64,000 nucleotides of DNA from a virus. Lineage: Duplodnaviria > Caudoviricetes. This document shows, in pieces, positions 19,524-27,918 of the stretch. Made by a program: the position numbers and the translations under genes. The stretch spans positions 23,621 to 87,620 of IMG/VR virus record IMGVR_UViG_3300031786_000572; one strand, given 5' to 3'. The notes beneath the pieces are model-generated. The model was not told where the DNA came from and did not search any database. It saw only the letters and a list, made by a program, of their open reading frames with translations. Numbering within the stretch: position 1 is the first letter of the stretch; every line of letters begins with the position of its first letter.

Positions 19524-20877
19524 CAGAAATAGCATTTCAGTAATTCAAAGAAATCTTGATGAGGCTTTACGAGTTAATCCTATTGAGGATGGCAATACTC
19601 CGCTTAATGATCCAAATCAAGGATATATGTATACGTCAGAAATAAATGATCCTGACTATACAGATGCATATAAGTTTATAGTAAATAGCATTTTTTCAAA
19701 CAAAACTAAAACAGGTAATAACAACTATTATCAGATTACTGTTACTTATGAAGTAACAGATAATGGTGCATATGGAGGTTTATTTGGTAATAACTTGATA
19801 AAAGTTGGTGATACATTTGTCTTAAAAGATGATTTAATGCAAGACTTTAACTGGGTGAAAGGTTCTGTTATTGCAATAACCAATGTAAGTTTAAATTCAA
19901 CTAATGCACCAATTATTGAATACACGTATACTTTATCATGTGCAATTTCAGAAGGACTTACTAATAGATTGCCTCAAGGTGTTTTAGCTGCTGGGGATGT
20001 AATGTTTTATACTGATAGAAGAGTCTTTGTTGAAAAAGATGATAGCGCACCTATTAACTTATTATCATCAATTAAAAATGGGAAAGTTTTGTTTTCGTGG
20101 GACGATCCTACAAATAAAGCGGTTAAGTATAACTTTACATTTAGGTTAGAAGATAATTCATATAATAATGGTATAACAACAATATGTGGAAATTCATATA
20201 ACTTTAATGGTAATGTACAAGCAAAGTTAAATTCATTAGGAGCAATTCAATATGTTAAAATAATTGATCCAGGTAAGGATATAGCTTGGCAATTTGAGAT
20301 TCCGAATGTAATAACAAGTACACTTGGAGTTACTCCACCTGTCATAACCTTCTATAATGATAGCTGTGGAAGTTTGGGTATTAAAGAATGTCAAATCGTT
20401 GAAGTTACTGCCGTAAATGCAAGCACGGTTACTTGTAAATTTAAAGACATTTCTACTTTTATGTTTGGCAGCGGTGGTGCTTTTTGGCCACGAGTTTATG
20501 TAGACTTATACCAAAATAAAAATTTAGGTGATCAAACTTGGTTAGACGTAATAAATGGTTCTGTTGGAGAATATTACGATGTTAATATTAAATGGGATAG
20601 TTCTTTTAGTTATAACAGTCTTTCTGACGCGCAAGCTGATTTAGTAGGTAAAAGATTCAAAGCACACACAGGTGTATATGTGGTAAGTGCTGGTTTAAAT
20701 ATGAATAAAGAACCAAAAATCTTTTGTGATAAATATATTGAAAATACAAAAAATGTAATAGACGCAGGTAATTTTCCTACTCCAGGCACATATTACTGGA
20801 AAGTTGCATCTATCTTTGATTGTAATGAAAAATCTTATACTGAATGGAGTCAAGAAGTCAAGTTGATAATACCGTAA
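19510..20877 (+). CDS. Putative structural protein with fibronectin type III-like elements
   Basis: 'PINLLSSIKNGKVLFSWDDP..KAVKYNF' and C-terminal 'PGTYYWKVASIF..YTEWSQEV' match FN3 strands. Confidence 0.55.
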   Translation: MKQDNRNSISVIQRNLDEALRVNPIEDGNTPLNDPNQGYMYTSEINDPDYTDAYKFIVNSIFSNKTKTGNNNYYQITVTYEVTDNGAYGGLFGNNLIKVGDTFVLKDDLMQDFNWVKGSVIAITNVSLNSTNAPIIEYTYTLSCAISEGLTNRLPQGVLAAGDVMFYTDRRVFVEKDDSAPINLLSSIKNGKVLFSWDDPTNKAVKYNFTFRLEDNSYNNGITTICGNSYNFNGNVQAKLNSLGAIQYVKIIDPGKDIAWQFEIPNVITSTLGVTPPVITFYNDSCGSLGIKECQIVEVTAVNASTVTCKFKDISTFMFGSGGAFWPRVYVDLYQNKNLGDQTWLDVINGSVGEYYDVNIKWDSSFSYNSLSDAQADLVGKRFKAHTGVYVVSAGLNMNKEPKIFCDKYIENTKNVIDAGNFPTPGTYYWKVASIFDCNEKSYTEWSQEVKLIIP

Positions 20878-21428
20878 ATGAGGTAACTATTAAAGGAAAG
20901 AAATCTGTTAAACTTGCAGTTTTTGATCTTGATGATACTCTTATCATTTCAGCAGCAATGATACAAGTTCTTGACGTCAAAACAGGAAGAGTTATAAAAT
21001 CATTAACTCCCGCAGAATTTAACTTTTTTAAACCCAATAAGAAGACCTCATTATCCTTTAGTGAATTTGAAGATTTTGAAATCTTAAAGAAATCCAAATT
21101 CATTGTAGAAATTCTTGATAAATTACTTGCTTACTATAAAAGTGGTGTTCACGTGTCAATTTTAACTGCTAGATCAAACAGTGATATGATTCGTAAATTC
21201 TTTTTAGTAAATGGAATTGATATACACCCTGAACTCTGTATTGCTGTAAATGATGCCCGCTATGGTTTCACTGGCAATATTGCACAAAGAAAAAAAGAAG
21301 CTTTGCATGGTCTTGTAGACCAAGGTTATTCTGACTTTATTTTCTTTGATGATAATCATGAAAATCTCGAGTTAGCAAAAGAGATTGAAAAAGAGAAAGA
21401 CGTTAAAGTTAAAACCGTAAAAGTTTAA
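20844..21428 (+). CDS. HAD-superfamily hydrolase (phosphatase-like)
   Basis: Motif I 'AVFDLDDTL', motif II 'ILTARS' and motif IV 'FFDD'. The start codon is uncertain because it overlaps the upstream gene by 34 nt. Confidence 0.7.
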   Translation: MESRSQVDNTVNEVTIKGKKSVKLAVFDLDDTLIISAAMIQVLDVKTGRVIKSLTPAEFNFFKPNKKTSLSFSEFEDFEILKKSKFIVEILDKLLAYYKSGVHVSILTARSNSDMIRKFFLVNGIDIHPELCIAVNDARYGFTGNIAQRKKEALHGLVDQGYSDFIFFDDNHENLELAKEIEKEKDVKVKTVKV

Positions 21429-21431
21429 CAT

Positions 21432-21686
21432 ATGAATATACTTCATATAGCCGAAGGATGGTATAATAGCTTTTTAGATAGAGCACACCTCCTAGACCCT
21501 GAGATAAGAGAACTTGGTGATAAGCGCCTGTCTGCTTGTTCAAATTGTCCGATTCGCACGGAAAATCGATGCGATAATACCAAAACACACATTAACACCT
21601 GGGGCACGCCATTTAACGGTTGCGGTTGTTACATAGACAAAAAAGTTTTATGTAAAGAATGCACATGTCCTGGCGGATTCTGGTAA
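21432..21686 (+). CDS. Small Cys-rich (probable metal-binding) protein
   Basis: 'RLSACSNCP...RC...GCGCYIDKKVLCKECTCPGGFW'. Confidence 0.65.
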   Translation: MNILHIAEGWYNSFLDRAHLLDPEIRELGDKRLSACSNCPIRTENRCDNTKTHINTWGTPFNGCGCYIDKKVLCKECTCPGGFW

Positions 21687-21699
21687 AAAAACAAACACT

Positions 21700-22428
21700 A
21701 TGGCTGTAAGAAGAAAAACTAAACCGGTGGTAGAAGACCTTGTACAAGAACTAAAACCACAAGAAAGATTACTTATGAAAATAAGAGTTGATCTTAAATG
21801 TAAAAATGATCGCCAGAAAAATTTCATTAGACTAATAAATAAGCATGACATTGTAGTCTGTGCAGGTCCAGCTGGAACTGGAAAAACATTCGTTGCTTGC
21901 GCTGAAGCTCTAAAATTGCTAACTACACAAAATCACAAGTATAAGAAAATCATAATCGTAAAATCTGTAACTGTTTTAGAAGGCGAAGAAATTGGTTTCC
22001 TAAAAGGGACAATGAAAGAAAAGATGGAGCCGTTTATGATATCTTTCTTAGATAACTTTCATAAACTTATAGGTAAAGAACTAACAGGAACAATGTTAAA
22101 TTGTGAAATGATTGAAGTACTTCCACTTGCTTATGTTAGAGGAAGAAGCATTGATAACGCAATCATTATTGTTGATGAGGCACAAAACATTACATTGAAA
22201 AACATGCGTTCAACAATGACTCGTTTAGGTGAAGATTCCAAAATCATTATTACTGGTGATACCAAACAGATTGATATGAAAGCTGGAAATACCTCATCAT
22301 TAGAAAAAGTAGTTCAATACTTTACACCGATGGAAGAAGTTGGTATAATGGAATTTGGTAGAGAAGATATAGTTCGTAATCCGTTAATCATCAAGATTGA
22401 AGAAATCTTTGAGAAACATATGGGTTAA
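21700..22428 (+). CDS. phoH: PhoH-family ATPase
   Basis: Walker A 'GPAGTGKT', 'LAYVRGRSIDNAIIIVDEAQN', 'TRLGEDSKIIITGDTKQID' and 'DIVRNPLI'. Confidence 0.95.
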   Translation: MAVRRKTKPVVEDLVQELKPQERLLMKIRVDLKCKNDRQKNFIRLINKHDIVVCAGPAGTGKTFVACAEALKLLTTQNHKYKKIIIVKSVTVLEGEEIGFLKGTMKEKMEPFMISFLDNFHKLIGKELTGTMLNCEMIEVLPLAYVRGRSIDNAIIIVDEAQNITLKNMRSTMTRLGEDSKIIITGDTKQIDMKAGNTSSLEKVVQYFTPMEEVGIMEFGREDIVRNPLIIKIEEIFEKHMG

Positions 22429-22868
22429 AAATCAATTATGTTAATTCTATCCTTTTTATTTGCAACCCAATAAGGACCGTAATTAACAGTAAGTTGTTCT
22501 CCCACGTTTATATCACGTAAAGTCTTAACACCTATTAAGCGGTTTTCAAAATCGCGAAAGAACTCAGAATTATTATTACCGCTGTGATTATAGATACTTA
22601 AATATCCTAACATCACAGCGGTTTTTGGTTCATCAGATTCATCAGGCCAACTCATACCGTATTGGTCAAGAACAATATCATCAATACTTATACCATCTCC
22701 TTGCGCCATATACATAGCTATGGTTATAAGTTTTTGTGGATATGTAAAGATTGGAGATAACTCAATAATAGTATCAGCTGGAATAGTTTCATAAGTAAAA
22801 ACTCCCCAGCCGTTTATTTGTGGTATGTCTTTAAGTTCAAGACAGTTAAGAATAAAAGGTTTATTCAC
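22425..22868 (-). CDS. SET-domain protein-lysine methyltransferase
   Basis: Motif I 'GWGVFTYETIPADTIIE', 'LSIYNHS' (NHS motif) and 'TLRDINVGEQLTVNYG' (ELxxxY motif). There is no post-SET Cys cluster. Confidence 0.88.
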   Translation of the reverse strand: MNKPFILNCLELKDIPQINGWGVFTYETIPADTIIELSPIFTYPQKLITIAMYMAQGDGISIDDIVLDQYGMSWPDESDEPKTAVMLGYLSIYNHSGNNNSEFFRDFENRLIGVKTLRDINVGEQLTVNYGPYWVANKKDRINIIDF

Positions 22869-23133
22869 TTGTAGAAATCAAATCTTCTGGAATACCTTTT
22901 ATTTTTCTAGCGTAGAAGTCAGGTATTTTACCGCATGATCTGCAGATGATAATGTCAGCAGGTATAATCTCTTCTTTTGCAGTTGGGCTAAGTAAAGGTG
23001 ATACTTTCTTAACCATTACTGCTGAGTCAAAAAGTCTACCTCCACATGAACATTCTACCCAGGGTAATGAATCTACGTCGATTCGTGGCGCAATATGAGC
23101 TTCTTGTCCACCTTGTATGTTTTCAAAATTCAT
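22861..23133 (-). CDS. Small Zn-ribbon-like hypothetical protein
   Basis: 'WVECSCGG...ICRSCGK'. It overlaps the SET start, so the two are likely co-transcribed. Confidence 0.7.
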   Translation of the reverse strand: MNFENIQGGQEAHIAPRIDVDSLPWVECSCGGRLFDSAVMVKKVSPLLSPTAKEEIIPADIIICRSCGKIPDFYARKIKGIPEDLISTSE

Positions 23134-23235
23134 AGAATTACTTTCTTTGTAGTTTACTACTTAGTCTAATCAATCTATCTACCGTTCAATCAATAGATAT
23201 TAATTTTTATACACAATTTAAAAATAGTTCTTAGG

Positions 23236-23263
23236 AAACTAAATACATATTTATGTATATAAA
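23236..23263 (+). promoter_or_regulatory. Putative early/middle promoter RAAC-N17-ATATA
   Basis: AAAC at 23236-23239 and ATATA at 23257. The same spacing is found at 51348, 51715 and 54096. Confidence 0.45.
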
Positions 23264-23280
23264 ATCTAAATAAATCTTAT

Positions 23281-23985
23281 ATGTTTACTCAACAACAACT
23301 TAACAAACTACTTTTCTTTGACATCGAGACTGCAGGACAATATCCATCATATGAAGAGTTTAAAGCTCAAGATCCTGAAGGAGCCAAAATATATGCAGGA
23401 AAATGTGAAAGAATGGGATACGGTGATCCTGCTGATGGGTATGAAAATAAAGTTTCTTTATTCCCTGAATTTGGTCGTATTGTTTGTTTATCATACGGTC
23501 TTTGGAAAAATGGAGATATCCAAGTACAAACTATTTCAGATTTAAACGAGGCTGATCTTATAAAGAAAACAGCTCACCTATTTAATAAAGCAACAGCAAG
23601 CGGTTTAATCCCTTGCGGCTGGAATATTAAGAATTTTGACATTCCTTGGGTTTATCGTAAAATACTTATGTACGGATTCCTAGTTCCTGAATGTGTAAAT
23701 ACTTGGGGCAAAAAACCTTGGGAAGTAAACATTGTTGATTTAAAAGAATGGTGGAAAGGATTCTCTAATCTTGATGTTACTTTTGAAGAAGCAATGTACG
23801 GATTAGGATTACCTTCTCCTAAAGATGAAATGAATGGCGGCCAAGTTCATTTTGAATATTGGGCAAATCATAACACAAACGGTATCATTAAATACTGTGA
23901 GAAAGATGTTATCGGAATGATTCGCATGATTGAAAAAATACATAACACTTATTATAAACCAGCCGTAGGCACAACACTTATTTAA
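23281..23985 (+). CDS. 3'-5' exonuclease, PolB-exonuclease-related (DEDD) family
   Basis: 'LFFDIETA', 'PEFGRIVCLSYG', 'GWNIKNFDIPW', 'GKKPWEV' and 'YCEKDV'. Confidence 0.85.
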   Translation: MFTQQQLNKLLFFDIETAGQYPSYEEFKAQDPEGAKIYAGKCERMGYGDPADGYENKVSLFPEFGRIVCLSYGLWKNGDIQVQTISDLNEADLIKKTAHLFNKATASGLIPCGWNIKNFDIPWVYRKILMYGFLVPECVNTWGKKPWEVNIVDLKEWWKGFSNLDVTFEEAMYGLGLPSPKDEMNGGQVHFEYWANHNTNGIIKYCEKDVIGMIRMIEKIHNTYYKPAVGTTLI

Positions 23986-23986
23986 T

Positions 23987-24829
23987 ATGCCAGAATTAGC
24001 GGAAGTTAAAATCATGGGTGATTTCATTAATCACGTTGTTGATAATGAAGGATTCTTTGAAAAGATTGAGAAATCAGAGTCTACTAAAGTAAAAACAGAT
24101 CTTGATATCTTTGACGGCGGAGTATTTACATTACGAGCAAAAACTCGTGGCAAAGAAATGATACTTCATCTTGAAATGGTGGGTGGCGATATTAATGGAG
24201 CCGTCACTAAAGATATGGGAGTTACTTTAGGTATGAGTGGCAACTGGGCATACATAAGAAAAGAAAGTGAGCATTTAGAAAAAGTGCTTAAGCATTCTCA
24301 TTTAAGATTTATCACAACAAGAGGAAACTATTTAGTATTACATGATGTTAGACGTTTTGCTAAATGGAAATGGGTAAATGATTGGAACGCTGGTCGTGGT
24401 CCTTGTCCGCTGACAGAATATCCTAAGTTTATTGAAAATGTAAAACTATATTTTAGTAAACACAAAGCATTTAACTTACCTATTAATGAATTGCTGATGA
24501 ACCAACGATTCTTTAATGGAATAGGAAATTACCTAAGAGCTGAAATACTCTATAGACTAAACATTAATCCTTTTACTATCGCAAATGAGATTAGTCTTAA
24601 AGATTGGGACCATCTGCTTCTTCTTTGTCATTTATGCGTTAGAGACGCATATACTTTGGGCGGCGGGCAATTAAGTGATTGGAAAAATCCTAATGGAGTT
24701 GATGCTAAAGACTTTAAAGAATGGAAGAAATGCTATGGAGTTTTATCGTCTTTAACCGATGGTACAGGCAGAAGATTTTGGTATGATCCAAAATGGGAAG
24801 AATATGTACCTAGTAAGTACACTCAATAA
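23987..24829 (+). CDS. nei: Fpg/Nei-family DNA glycosylase/AP lyase, NEIL1-like (zincless finger)
   Basis: N-terminal catalytic 'MPE', 'RGKE', 'LGMSG', 'DVRRF', H2TH 'NQRFFNGIGNYLRAEILYRL' and C-terminal 'CYG..SSLTDGTGRRFWY' without a 4-Cys zinc finger. Confidence 0.92.
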   Translation: MPELAEVKIMGDFINHVVDNEGFFEKIEKSESTKVKTDLDIFDGGVFTLRAKTRGKEMILHLEMVGGDINGAVTKDMGVTLGMSGNWAYIRKESEHLEKVLKHSHLRFITTRGNYLVLHDVRRFAKWKWVNDWNAGRGPCPLTEYPKFIENVKLYFSKHKAFNLPINELLMNQRFFNGIGNYLRAEILYRLNINPFTIANEISLKDWDHLLLLCHLCVRDAYTLGGGQLSDWKNPNGVDAKDFKEWKKCYGVLSSLTDGTGRRFWYDPKWEEYVPSKYTQ

Positions 24830-24837
24830 AAGACTAT

Positions 24838-24848
24838 GATATATAAAT
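24838..24848 (+). promoter_or_regulatory. Putative late-type promoter GATATATAAAT
   Basis: Intergenic, about 30 nt ahead of the start of the second structural block. Confidence 0.45.
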
Positions 24849-24874
24849 TAAAGGTAGAAAAAATATATCATTAA

Positions 24875-25735
24875 ATGGCAACAATTACAATCACAGAAAT
24901 TCTCGGTACAGATAATATCGCAGGATCACGCCCAACAATCAATGACAACTTCAAAAAGGTAGCAGCTGCAATCAATACGTTAGAAACGTATCTTGATACA
25001 TCGTTTGTGCCCGGAGCTGCTTTAAATGTTGGAAGCGCTTTAGTTAAAAAATACACTCGTCCAATTACCGACCAAATCTTTACATGTGAAGCAACAGGTC
25101 TTTTTGGAGGAAACCTTAATGTAGGACAAGATCTTGGTATAACAAGAGATTTTACAGTAGGAAGAAATCAAACTGTTCATGGAAATCTAACTCTAGATGG
25201 AACTGTAGGTATTAACAGTATCTTTACTTCAACTATTCCAGTTTCTGTTGATGCTTCTTTAATTAATCAACAGTTTTATAATGGTTTAGGTGGCGGTGTA
25301 AACGGTCTTAATATTGATACACAAGCATTAACAGCTCCTACAACAACTTCAGTAACAAGAAACATCACAACTACAACATCTTTCCCAAAAGTAAGTGTTA
25401 TACGTTTAAGTTGGTTAAACTTTACAAATACGGGTACTAATAACTGTACTGCTGTTCAATTACCTGCTGTATCTGATGCAAATGTTAAAAAAGGTCAAAT
25501 TATAACTCTTCTTGTGGATGCAGTTCCAGTAGCTTCAACTGCAGCTATTGATTTTGAACTTAGTACAACTAATCTTGATTCTTCATATGCTAGTGTTAAG
25601 TTCAATGATTCAGGTGCTGTTGTTCCAGTTTTAAATAATGATACTAGAATTAGACAAGCGGCAATTACATTATATGCTGATAGCACAGGTTGGAGAATCC
25701 TTAACTCTGTAGGAGTTACTGTAGTAATTTCATAA
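24875..25735 (+). CDS. Putative baseplate/fibre-connector structural protein
   Basis: N-terminal 'SRPTINDNF' resembles the INxNF anchor of T4-like gp9/gp10/fibre proteins. The sequence is Thr/Val-rich and beta-like. Confidence 0.5.
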   Translation: MATITITEILGTDNIAGSRPTINDNFKKVAAAINTLETYLDTSFVPGAALNVGSALVKKYTRPITDQIFTCEATGLFGGNLNVGQDLGITRDFTVGRNQTVHGNLTLDGTVGINSIFTSTIPVSVDASLINQQFYNGLGGGVNGLNIDTQALTAPTTTSVTRNITTTTSFPKVSVIRLSWLNFTNTGTNNCTAVQLPAVSDANVKKGQIITLLVDAVPVASTAAIDFELSTTNLDSSYASVKFNDSGAVVPVLNNDTRIRQAAITLYADSTGWRILNSVGVTVVIS

Positions 25736-25751
25736 AAATACATTCAGATAA

Positions 25752-27902
25752 ATGGTTGCACCATTAATAAAACCTATCCGTGTGCAAGGTGGAACGTTCT
25801 ATACGTTTTCATCAGCGTCTGAGGATCTTGGATTATCTTTTAATGATTCACAAACAAAATTTCGTTTTTCGAAGTTTGCATTATTAAACATTCCAGATAT
25901 TGGAAGTCCAGCAGTAGGTGAAAACCTAATGAACTTTTCAAATTCACCAGGCGGGTTTGCAGAAATAGACGGATCTAAAACACTCAATGATTACTTAGCA
26001 GAATCGTTCCAAAACTATTGTCTTAATCTTGAGACAATGATTTCTTCTTCTACCAATTATGATTCGAATCTGAACACAACTGTAAGTGAGCGTGTTTTCT
26101 TTAAGTGGTTAAAAGAAACGGGCGCCATCCGTTTCCGTGAAGCTGCTATAGGTTCAGAACAATCTGCAACTCTTTATGGAACACACTTTGTTGAGGAAGA
26201 TGAATCTTTAACATATTCTAAAGTTATTAAGTACATTGGTGACATTAACATATTAAACACAGTCAGAAATAATGCAAATGCTTTTTCTGAAGTTTATGTG
26301 TATGTACCAACATCACAAGGTAATACTCCAGTAGTCTTGTTTAAAACTCTTGATGATGCTAATTACGGCGTTTCATCAGTTTTTACAAATACGCCAGCTG
26401 ATCCATTAAATAATGAATACATATACGGAAGAACAGGCGCAACTATTCAACCAGCAGGTTTAAGTATACAAGCATTCTTTGATGCTGATTCTAATAATTT
26501 TTCTACACTTGACCCATTTGGTGCTCCTGCGGATTTCTTCTATTTTAATCCTACAATTAACGGATGGATTCAAGAAGGTAATCCTGGGTTTCAATGGTGG
26601 TATTCTAATCCTATTGCAAATTCATTCTTTACTGAGCCAGGTTCATTTTTAGATGCAACTAATGATAGATTTAAAATTGACAGTGTAAACAAAACTGTTG
26701 AATTTACACGTTCTCGCCTTGACGGTATCACAATGGAATTTAATCCAAGTGTGTATGCTGGTATTAGTGTAGGTGGTGCCTCTGATTTTGGTACTTATAA
26801 TGAAACTGCAGCAGCACAAACATTTGACTTCAATGCAATACTTGTTTATTATGATCTGTATGATCCAGCAAGTGGAGCGGTATCAGCAACAAACTTATTT
26901 GGTATCTTATTCTTAGATAATGTTGACCCTCTTGCTTCAGGAGGCGGTTACATTCCTAGATTAACAAAGTATAAGCCAAACTCATTTACTGGTGATAATG
27001 GTAACTCTTATGCTTTCCGTATTAATATCAAGTTTGATGTTAACTCACAAGATACTGCGGTAGAGACTTCTATTAATGATTACAATCCGTATTCATTAGA
27101 ACTTTACATGGACGCATTAAATAAAATGGTTGATGCTTACACTATCTTATTAGAAAATAATGCTTCATTACAAACATTAACTGATGAAGTAAATTCACTT
27201 AAGAATCTAGTGTTTACCGCAACTGGTATTGATGAAGTAAATGCGCAATTAACAAATATACAAGCACAGATTACTGCCAATGCAGCAATCTTTACAAATA
27301 CAGATAATCTTTTAAATCTTATACAAAGAAATTACGAAGAAATCACAAACATATACAAAAACTATACTAGTGTGCAGATGTCATATAATATTGACTTGTT
27401 ATCACCAGGTAGAGGTATTAGTTTGGATAAATCACAAGCAGGAAGTGTTAAGATAATTAACACAAACCAAATGTTTAACCTTGGAACTAAACCAATCATT
27501 TCTATTGCTAATGATTTTACAATTAATCCATCAAGTTTTTCTTATCAACATTCTTTACTTAACTTTACAAATTACATTAAGATAACTGACGGATCAACAA
27601 ATGCTCCTTATAATGTAGATAGAGATGTAATCATATACATTGATGATGCTTTATTACCTTGGGAGGCTGGTCAGGTGACAAGATTCTCGTTTAAATACGG
27701 TTTAGATTTATCAAACACAAATGGTAACTTTAACTTTATTGTTTACACTGATTCATTAGACAGACTTAACACAGGATTCCCTTATTCAGCAGAAGCGGCA
27801 TTTGTAACTTATCTTGATTTTGAAAATAAAGGAAACTCACCAATCATTGAGGTAATCTGTATAGACCCAGCTACATATCAATTTTCGGTTGACATATTCT
27901 AA
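25752..27902 (+). CDS. Putative virion structural protein
   Basis: 716-aa ORF with a coiled-coil stretch near residues 450-540, located within the structural block. Confidence 0.55.
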   Translation: MVAPLIKPIRVQGGTFYTFSSASEDLGLSFNDSQTKFRFSKFALLNIPDIGSPAVGENLMNFSNSPGGFAEIDGSKTLNDYLAESFQNYCLNLETMISSSTNYDSNLNTTVSERVFFKWLKETGAIRFREAAIGSEQSATLYGTHFVEEDESLTYSKVIKYIGDINILNTVRNNANAFSEVYVYVPTSQGNTPVVLFKTLDDANYGVSSVFTNTPADPLNNEYIYGRTGATIQPAGLSIQAFFDADSNNFSTLDPFGAPADFFYFNPTINGWIQEGNPGFQWWYSNPIANSFFTEPGSFLDATNDRFKIDSVNKTVEFTRSRLDGITMEFNPSVYAGISVGGASDFGTYNETAAAQTFDFNAILVYYDLYDPASGAVSATNLFGILFLDNVDPLASGGGYIPRLTKYKPNSFTGDNGNSYAFRINIKFDVNSQDTAVETSINDYNPYSLELYMDALNKMVDAYTILLENNASLQTLTDEVNSLKNLVFTATGIDEVNAQLTNIQAQITANAAIFTNTDNLLNLIQRNYEEITNIYKNYTSVQMSYNIDLLSPGRGISLDKSQAGSVKIINTNQMFNLGTKPIISIANDFTINPSSFSYQHSLLNFTNYIKITDGSTNAPYNVDRDVIIYIDDALLPWEAGQVTRFSFKYGLDLSNTNGNFNFIVYTDSLDRLNTGFPYSAEAAFVTYLDFENKGNSPIIEVICIDPATYQFSVDIF

Positions 27903-27918
27903 AAACTAAATAACACCA

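Noticed and set aside
22425-24829. Possibility that the contig is a eukaryotic giant virus, or eukaryotic contamination, because of SET and NEIL1-like genes
   Set aside because: The flanking genes are T4-like (gp5, gp6, gp13, gp25, gp32, gp61, UvsW), there are no introns, gene packing is operon-like, and the composition looks continuous.
10696-25755. GATAAATG at 10696 and 25747 as extra late promoters
   Set aside because: The motif overlaps the start codon itself, leaving no room for a leader, so it is more likely start-context bias.
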